A stretch of DNA of 63,945 bases, filler included, from Guillardia theta CCMP2712 (lineage: Eukaryota > Protista > Cryptophyta): the NCBI RefSeq assembly GCF_000315625.1. It is 5 parts of 5 records of this genome, joined end to end, with 100 filler letters (N's around TTAATTAATTAA, not from the genome) between each part and the next. Parts side by side here need not be neighbours in the genome. Positions count along the whole stretch, not along the records: positions 53,999 to 62,640 come from NW_005434254.1; positions 62,741 to 63,945 come from NW_005434075.1; 3 more parts are not named here. One strand, given 5' to 3'. Made by a program: the position numbers and the translations under genes. Positions 53,899-63,945 of the stretch are shown one piece after another. Numbering within the stretch: the stretch's first letter is position 1; every line of letters begins with the position of its first letter. The notes below the pieces were generated by a model, which had not been told where the DNA came from, searched no databases, and saw nothing but the letters and a program-made list of their open reading frames with translations.

Positions 53899-53998
53899 NN
53901 NNNNNNNNNNNNNNNNNNNNNNNNNNNNNNNNNNNNNNNNNNTTAATTAATTAANNNNNNNNNNNNNNNNNNNNNNNNNNNNNNNNNNNNNNNNNNNN
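53899..53998. other. Artificial contig linker N-TTAATTAATTAA-N
   Basis: Core at 53943-53954. Confidence 0.97.
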
Positions 53999-54280
53999 GG
54001 AGGGCGGAGGCTGCGGCTGAGGTCCTCGCACAGCACGTGACCTCCGTCCTCGTGTATGCGAAAGATTCCTCGAGCTCGTCGGCTCCCATGCTGATCCCGC
54101 AGTAGGCCATCACCGTGTTGAGATCCTCCCGGTCCAGTTGCCTCGTTCCCCTCGAGATGTGCGACATCGCTCGCTCCAGCCCCCGCAGCCCCGACGCTCC
54201 TCGACGATACAGCAGCCGCTGCCCACCCGTCAGACGCAGCACAGGCAGAGCAGCAGACAAGAAGAGTGAAGAGGAGCAGT

Positions 54281-54339
<59 letters not shown>

Positions 54340-56290
54340 GAGGAGCAGGAGGTTTACCTGTAGGTTGGCATGCGCGGCTTCGTATCCTCCTCCTTCTCGT
54401 CGCGAGCTCGCGGGGTCAAACGCCTGAGGCTCTCGCTGCTGCACAATCAGAGACGATGAACCTCACTATATTGAGATACCAGTCAATAAGTTCCGTGATA
54501 CCTTCCTTATGAATTACTGTAGCACAGTTGATAAATCACAAGGTGAAACTCTATCCTCTCTCAGCATCGCCTCGTAGTCCACCAGCTGATCGCCAGCTGA
54601 GAACCGCCGGCTCAGCGTGTGCAGCTCGTGGTCGTTCAGCCCAGTGCAGAGCAGCCTGCACTTTGTCCATAAGGTTGTGGGCGTTTAGCTTGCGATGCCC
54701 GCTGTCTCGTAACTCGCCCCGCCCGCTGACCTCTGCTATTTCCATCCGCTTGGCCATCTTGTTGAAAAGAAACACTCTGTTCACTCTCAGCAGGAGCAGT
54801 GGGAGACAATGCCACAAGCTCCGGATAATCTTCGCTTCCTCGCAATGCAGGCCCGGGTAACCGTACAGCAGGTCTAGCGTAAACTGTAGCGCACTCTTCC
54901 GCTCATCAATCGTCTGGCGGTTGGGGCGTTTGATGGTTGAGTTCCGGACTTGAAGTTGATGTGGACCCTGTTGAGCGAAGAGAGGGAGAGCTCTGTGCCT
55001 TTCATGTGGACCTGTTGAGCGAAGAGAGGGAGAGCTCTGTGCCTTTCATGTGGACCTGTTGAGCGAAGAGAGGGAGAGCTCTGTGCCTTTCATGTACACC
55101 TGTTGAGCGAAGAGAGGGAGAGCTCTGTGCCTTTCATGTGGACCTGTTGAGCGAAGAGAGGGAGAGCTCTGTGCCTTTCATGTGGACCTGTTGAGCGAAG
55201 AGAGGGAGAGCTCTGTGCCTTTCATGTGGACCTGTTGAGCGAAGAGAGGGAGAGCTCTGTGCCTTTCATGTGGACCTGTTGAGCGAAGAGAGGGAGAGCT
55301 CTGTGCCTTTCATGTGGACCTGTTGAGCGAAGAGAGGGAGAGCTCTGTGCCTTTCATGTACACCTGTTGAGCGAAGAGAGGGAGAGCTCTGTGCCTTTCA
55401 TGTGGACCTGTTGAGCGAAGAGAGGGAGAGCTCTGTGTGTAGGCTGATGGTAGGGGTGTGGGATCGACTGTAGGGGTGATGGTAGGGGTGGGGGATCGAC
55501 TGTAGGCTGATGGTAGGGGGTGGGGGATCGACTGTAGGCTGATGGTGGGGGTGGGGGATCGACTGTAGGCTGATGGTGGGGGGTGGGGGATCGACCGATG
55601 AGTAATGTCTGCTTTTGGCGATCAATGTCAACCTGCGGGTAGGGGTGTGGGGATCGACTGTAGGCTGATGGTAGGGGTGGGGGATCGACTGTAGGCTGAT
55701 GGTGGGGGTGTGGGATCGACTGTAGGGTGATGGTAGGGGTGGGGGATCGACTGTAGGGTGATGGTGGGGGTGTGGGATCGACTGTAGGGTGATGGTGGGG
55801 GTGTGGGATCGACTGTAGGGTGATGGTGGGGGTGGGGGATCGACTGTAGGCTGATGGTAGGGGTGTGGGATCGACTGTAGGGTGATGGTGGGGGTGTGGG
55901 ATCGACTGTAGGGTGATGGTGGGGGTGGGGGATCGACTGTAGGGTGATGGTAGGGGTGGGGGATCGACTGTAGGGTGATGGTGGGGGTGGGGGATCGACT
56001 GTAGGCTGATGGTAGGGGTGGGGGATCGACTGTAGGCTGATGGTAGGGGTGGGGGATCGACTGTAGGGTGATGGTGGGGGTGGGGGATCGACTGTAGGGT
56101 GATGGTAGGGGTGGGGGATCGACTGTAGGGTGATGGTAGGGGTGTGGGATCGACTGTAGGCTGATGGTAGGGGTGGGGGATCGGTCGATGAAGTCATGCC
56201 TGCTTTGGCAATCAAATGTCAACCTGCGGAAGAGAAGCTGCAGAGAGAGATTGTCCCCCCAGCATGTCAGGGGCTAGAAGAGTTTCCTGC
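53999..56290 (-). CDS. Multi-exon protein with a degenerate calcyphosin-like EF-hand segment; 3' truncated
   Basis: LLYRRGASGLRGLERAMSHISRGTRQLDREDL...GISMGADELEESF resembles the calcyphosin RGASGIxGL helix-EF start. Upstream exons at ~54950-54560 and ~56290-56223. Confidence 0.5.
54960..55437. repeat. 44-bp tandem repeat, about 11 copies (TGTGGACCTGTTGAGCGAAGAGAGGGAGAGCTCTGTGCCTTTCA)
   Basis: Directly visible head-to-tail copies. Confidence 0.97.
55438..56182. repeat. ~31-bp G-rich tandem repeat (TCGACTGTAGG[G/C]TGATGGT[A/G]GGGGTG[G/T]GGGA)n
   Basis: Directly visible; more than 20 copies with one interruption at ~55590-55637. Confidence 0.97.
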
Positions 56291-56712
56291 TGCGACTCGA
56301 GTCAGAGGAGCCTCAAGGCCTGTGTGAGGATAGTGGGACGACGAGCCCGGCGTGCCAGTCAGTAGAGGATCAACAACAGAACTGTAAGGACGGAGGACGG
56401 CAGTTCGCTTGTGCCGCGCCATGCGGTCTCACAGTGAGGATGGAAGTGAGAGCGGATCTTCACGCATTCCTTGTTGCTGTTCCCTCGCTCTCGCTGTCAC
56501 AACCGAAGTGAAGATGGCGAGTAGGCGCATTTCTCCTTACACTCCTTTCCACTGCTTGAGAGCCAACGAGCATCGGTACCTGAGCAGACTAGTCCCGTCA
56601 ATCATTCTACGTTTTAGTATTTTATTCACCTTCCAGTCTCTATGATGAGGTGTTAAAAATAAACACACAACAGCGACATTCAATTGAAGCCTGCATCAGG
56701 TTCGACAAAGAG

Positions 56713-57927
56713 TCACTTGAGCTTTTTGTTGAGAAGCTCCAGTACGAGACCCATCGTAACATTCAAAGCAGATACGCCGCTCTTCAACTCGGATACGTCG
56801 CTCTTCAACTCGGATACGTCGCTCTTCAACTCGGATACGTCGCTCTTCAACTCGGTTACGTCGCTCTGCAACGCGGTTACGTTGCTCTGCAGTTCATTGA
56901 ACCTCGTGTCCACATCCTCCTTCAGTTCATTGAACCTCGTGTCCACATCCTCCTTCAGTTCATCGAACCTCCTGTCCACATTCTCCTTCAGATCTTGCAC
57001 AGCACCATAAATATTCCTGTACGGAGTGTAAATCAAAACAAACGGTATGCTTCCAGGATCCACAAACGACGTCAATTCATGGTGATCAGAGGCCAGAGAG
57101 AAGAACCTGCTCAAACATCCACTGACCACCTCAAAGTCCTCTCTGTTGCCATTCGTCAACAAACCTATCGCCGCAATCTTGGAGTCTTCGCCAATCATCT
57201 CACCCTTCAATACATTGTACAGCCGATTGACCTGAAACAGCTTTTCAAAGATTTTGCCAGGCGTCTCCGTGATTTCAAAGCAGATGTACTCCTCCTTCAT
57301 GACTTGGAGGTCCTCATATGAGACTCCATGCTTTCCGAATATCCTTACATCCTGAGCGGGGTTGACGACCACGTCCTTGAAGATGGTTTGAAGATCGATG
57401 TCATTGTCAAAGGTCAAGCACATGTCCGCTTGATATTCCGATATTGTAGCGAGGTCAATATCTTTAGTATCATCCATCCGACTGATCGTCAAAGGATCAA
57501 TCTGTCTTGTGGCGCACTCTTTGTAATACTCTTCGCACGCGGCGAACACCACTTGGTTAACTCTTTCAGCGTATCCTTTAGTGAGAATGCCACTATCTTT
57601 GAGCTTTCTCCTCGTCTCCTCGTCCGCTGGGAGTTTCTCCCGTCGATGAAAGCCTATACTTGCACATCTGCTGAAGATCGAGCCTTCGAAATTTGATTGC
57701 ATGTTCCCCGGGAGGTTGGCGGGAGAATCGATGTAGTAGCAGGTAGCCTTGCCCTGCCGCATGATTCCTGGCCGCGCCAGCATTTGCGGCGAGGTCTGTC
57801 TGCGATGAGACCTCAGCTGCAAGCTCTGCCTGTGGTAGCATGTCGAGAAAGATTGGAAGTAGCCGCCCACATGCTCTGGCGAGAACACGAGCACGAGCGC
57901 CAGCACGAGCCCTCGTGTCGCAAGCAT
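56713..57927 (-). CDS. Intronless 404-aa protein: signal/transit-like leader, possible PD-(D/E)xK-like domain, C-terminal coiled-coil repeats
   Basis: Long clean ORF with hydrophobic N-terminus. EYQADMCL...ICFEITE...KLFQVNR in the core. ELKEDVDTRFN-type 11-mers and ELKSDVS heptads at the C-terminus. Confidence 0.8.
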   Translation of the reverse strand: MLATRGLVLALVLVFSPEHVGGYFQSFSTCYHRQSLQLRSHRRQTSPQMLARPGIMRQGKATCYYIDSPANLPGNMQSNFEGSIFSRCASIGFHRREKLPADEETRRKLKDSGILTKGYAERVNQVVFAACEEYYKECATRQIDPLTISRMDDTKDIDLATISEYQADMCLTFDNDIDLQTIFKDVVVNPAQDVRIFGKHGVSYEDLQVMKEEYICFEITETPGKIFEKLFQVNRLYNVLKGEMIGEDSKIAAIGLLTNGNREDFEVVSGCLSRFFSLASDHHELTSFVDPGSIPFVLIYTPYRNIYGAVQDLKENVDRRFDELKEDVDTRFNELKEDVDTRFNELQSNVTALQSDVTELKSDVSELKSDVSELKSDVSELKSGVSALNVTMGLVLELLNKKLK

Positions 57928-59061
57928 GTGGGATGATACAACAAAGTTAGGTCAGAACAAACAATGAATTATTTGGATAATAATACTTCATTGTAAAGAG
58001 TATGAGAATATCTGTTTTGGTACTAACTTTCCATCACATTCGGCATTTACAAACAGTTATTGCTGAAGTACCGTACTAGCACGACCCCGTACAAAGTGCT
58101 GAGCTTGGTACCGTAGTACTACTTTCCCGCCAACAAACTTCTGACGCCGCGCCGCCATGGGGCCGACCAGCTCGGAAGCCCGCCCCAGCAACATGCCCGG
58201 TAGTACAGTGTCAGTGTTATGATGCCTTGTGACGGACTCGGATGGTAATAGGCTGGCCGGGTCCACCGGCCCGGGGGGGTCACCGGGGGAAAGGGGCCGG
58301 GCCTCACAGGCTCAGTTATTGATGGAAGATTGCGGCGCCGGGTTGACAAAACTCTCCTGTAAACCCAGACGAACCTGATTCTGTGTTTCAGGACGGCGAT
58401 GTACTACGGTAGCACGCGTGATGATTTTCACCTCCCCCAGACGAACCTGACTCTGATGTGTTTCAGGACGGCGATGTAGCACGCGTCACCGTCAGTAACA
58501 GTGAAGAGGAGGCCTTCCTAGCCGTCTTGCTCCTAAGGTCTTCTCATGTCTGGATGCTAGCCTGGGCCTCACTGGCATACAGTTGTCTATCTCTCATAGG
58601 CTCCTCAATTCTGGTTTCGTGTGCATTCAACTCGGTCTTGAGCAAACGTGTGACCGGACTGTCTTGTTGCAATTAAGGTTGACATGATATCTGTATTACT
58701 TTGACTCAGTACAAGTCTGACAAACTTCAACGGTAGTCCGTCGGTTATACCCGGCCCGAAATGAGCCCCTTCCATGGTGATGACTTATCCCGACCACTAC
58801 CCTACCCCCCCCCTACTATGATGACCCCAGCAGTACCAAGGGCCTGTGGGTAGGTGAGAGATTTGAGGTGGTAGGGGTACTCGTTTACAGAAGTTGCTAG
58901 CTAAAGAGGGGGATAATATCAGGTAAAGAGGGGGTACATTTGTACAAGGGGTGTTACAATAGGGAAAGGGGTGATGGAAGTTATTTTTCTCGGGTGGAGA
59001 CGACCCTCTGCAGGTGGGGTAGGGGGTACTTTGACAGATCAGTCGCTTGACGCCGGTCACG

Positions 59062-62264
<3,203 letters not shown>

Positions 62265-62319
62265 ATCCCCACGTGGCTCGAAGAAGTTCCACGAGCTCCT
62301 GCAAGGTAAGTCAGTGAGG

Positions 62320-62485
62320 ACAGCACCAGCACCAGCACCAGCACCAGCACCAGCACCAGCACCAGCACCAGCACCAGCACCAGCACCAGCACCAGCACCA
62401 GCACCAGCACCAGCACCAGCACCAGCACCAGCACCAGCACCAGCACCAGCACCAGCACCAGCACCAGCACCAGCACCAGCACCAC
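62320..62485. repeat. (CACCAG)n hexanucleotide microsatellite, probably in an intron of a minus-strand gene fragment
   Basis: Directly visible; follows the minus-strand exon ...VAGYQLNDE|GT. Confidence 0.95.
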
Positions 62486-62640
62486 CACCACCACCACCAG
62501 GGAGGAGGGAGAGGGAGAGGGAACCTCGTCGTTAAGTTGGTATCCAGCCACCACATCAGCGTAATAGAGGAGAAGGTCCTTGACCATGACAGCTCCTCTA
62601 ACCTCCTCCATCGCATCTTCAAGATCCCTGGGATACTGTC

Positions 62641-62740
62641 NNNNNNNNNNNNNNNNNNNNNNNNNNNNNNNNNNNNNNNNNNNNTTAATTAATTAANNNN
62701 NNNNNNNNNNNNNNNNNNNNNNNNNNNNNNNNNNNNNNNN
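62641..62740. other. Artificial contig linker N-TTAATTAATTAA-N
   Basis: Core at 62685-62696. Confidence 0.97.
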
Positions 62741-63108
62741 TTTCAGTCCCTAGGCCGAGTGCGACTCCCCATCGAAGACCACACATTGAAGTTCACGCCT
62801 CTCTTCCAAGCTTCATTGGTGACAGCTAAAAAAATATCCTTTCCATCTTTGGAACACAAACTTTTATGGGCAAAGCCGATGTAAACAGGCGCAGGAGGCA
62901 TATGCTTTTGTCCACGATGCTGATAGAAATGTCCATCCGAGAAGCAGACTACTGATCGGAGCTATACTCTCACCTCAGACAATGCCAAGCAGTTGATGTG
63001 TGCTGGAAGGTATTCATGGAGAGGACAGTAACCGCTTGTAGCCGCTAGAGCTACTACACGTGTGCGGCCGCTACTACAAGCTCTCCACTCTATCAGCCTA
63101 CATCAACG

Positions 63109-63945
63109 TCACAGATTCCAGTCCCTCATCCTCTGTGGTGTCGCCTCATCGCCTCCCTCCAGTTGCTCTTCACTCTGAGACCGTGCCTTGTCTACGAGCT
63201 GGATGCTGATCTCCGCTCCCTTTAGCCATGCCACGTCTTTCTTGGACAAGAACATCGCGTGCTGAGTAACGTTTTCCATCTGCTGCTTCTCCATCTCACT
63301 TGCTGTCTTGTCGTTGGTGAAAACCTGAGCTCCTCTCCAACGTGCTTTCCCCTCAAGCTCTGAGGGTAGAACAAACACAAGGCACACCCTCTCAAACTTG
63401 TTCTTGGCTCGTAGAGCTGTCAACATCCTACACAGTGGTCCAAGCTTGATCGGGTGTTTTCCTGCTATCGTCATCTGGAACATGTAGAGGACCTCCTGAT
63501 CTGACAATAAAAGCGCATCCACACAAGGGAAGTTCGATGCCTTGGGCTTGCAATATGTGTTCTCCATGATCTTCCACTCGTTGAGTCCTGTTGTAGAGAA
63601 CTCAAACTATGCCTGCGACTTCTTCATACGCAAATCTATCTCTTCCCTTGCCCCTTCATCATCCTCACCCGACCCTAGACTGCGCAATCTGTATCTCCCT
63701 CCTTTCTTCAGCACCTCATGTGCCAAGCATTCAAAAACTAGAGCTGCCGCCCCATATCACCCAGAATCAGAGCCTGAGAAGGCAAGGTCTACAAGCCTAT
63801 CCCGGTCTGTTTTGACAAGTCGGGCAAAGATCTTCTCCGCGGCTTTCTGCGAGCATGCTCGAGCGCTGATAGTCTTGTAGTCTGAGCTTGGGACCAGGTG
63901 AATCAGTCTCGATGGGCCATTCCCAGGTCCTTCGGTTTCACTGCT
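63109..63945 (-). pseudogene. Crinkler/RHS-type NTPase-REase C-terminal region, disrupted
   Basis: SRLIHL, LVFECLAH, YCKPKASNFPCVDA, LYMFQMTIAGKHPI and LVFVLP motifs. Frameshift near 63757 and in-frame TAG at 63607-63609. Confidence 0.7.

Noticed and set aside
54960-56222. 44-bp and 31-bp arrays as CRISPR or as Pro/His-rich proteins
   Set aside because: No spacers; the arrays lie between a splice donor and acceptor of a minus-strand gene.

Overview
Eukaryotic nuclear DNA, not prokaryotic. It is GC-rich, with many ~45-60 nt GT-AG introns, often inflated by microsatellites. An axonemal dynein and several signal-peptide + Phe ('ASAF'-type) bipartite leaders point to a flagellated alga with a secondary red plastid, most plausibly a cryptophyte of the Guillardia/Hanusia type (inference). 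The window is not contiguous. Four 100-nt N-TTAATTAATTAA-N linkers (19418, 37498, 53899, 62641) join pieces that do not continue each other, so adjacency across them means nothing. Recognisable genes: ankyrin protein, MFS transporter, mitochondrial-carrier-like protein, SET/LSMT methyltransferase, PILS/auxin-efflux-type carrier, DPM1, DUF4116 protein, DNAH1-like dynein heavy chain (truncated), glutaredoxin-like protein, calcyphosin-like fragment and a Crinkler-type pseudogene. Most interesting signals: (1) a single-pass receptor with an NHL propeller ectodomain, an MLKL/MCAfunc-like helical bundle and a TKL kinase; (2) a protein with three EF-hand pairs, each followed by an invariant H-x9-C-x3-C-x2-C motif, plus a cNMP-binding domain; (3) a PH domain + voltage-sensor protein with no pore; (4) a three-member cluster of small orphan genes sharing motifs and an intron position; (5) an AT-rich, intronless, strand-skewed island that may be the end of a viral or mobile element. 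All exon boundaries and domain calls were read by eye; no database searches were run.
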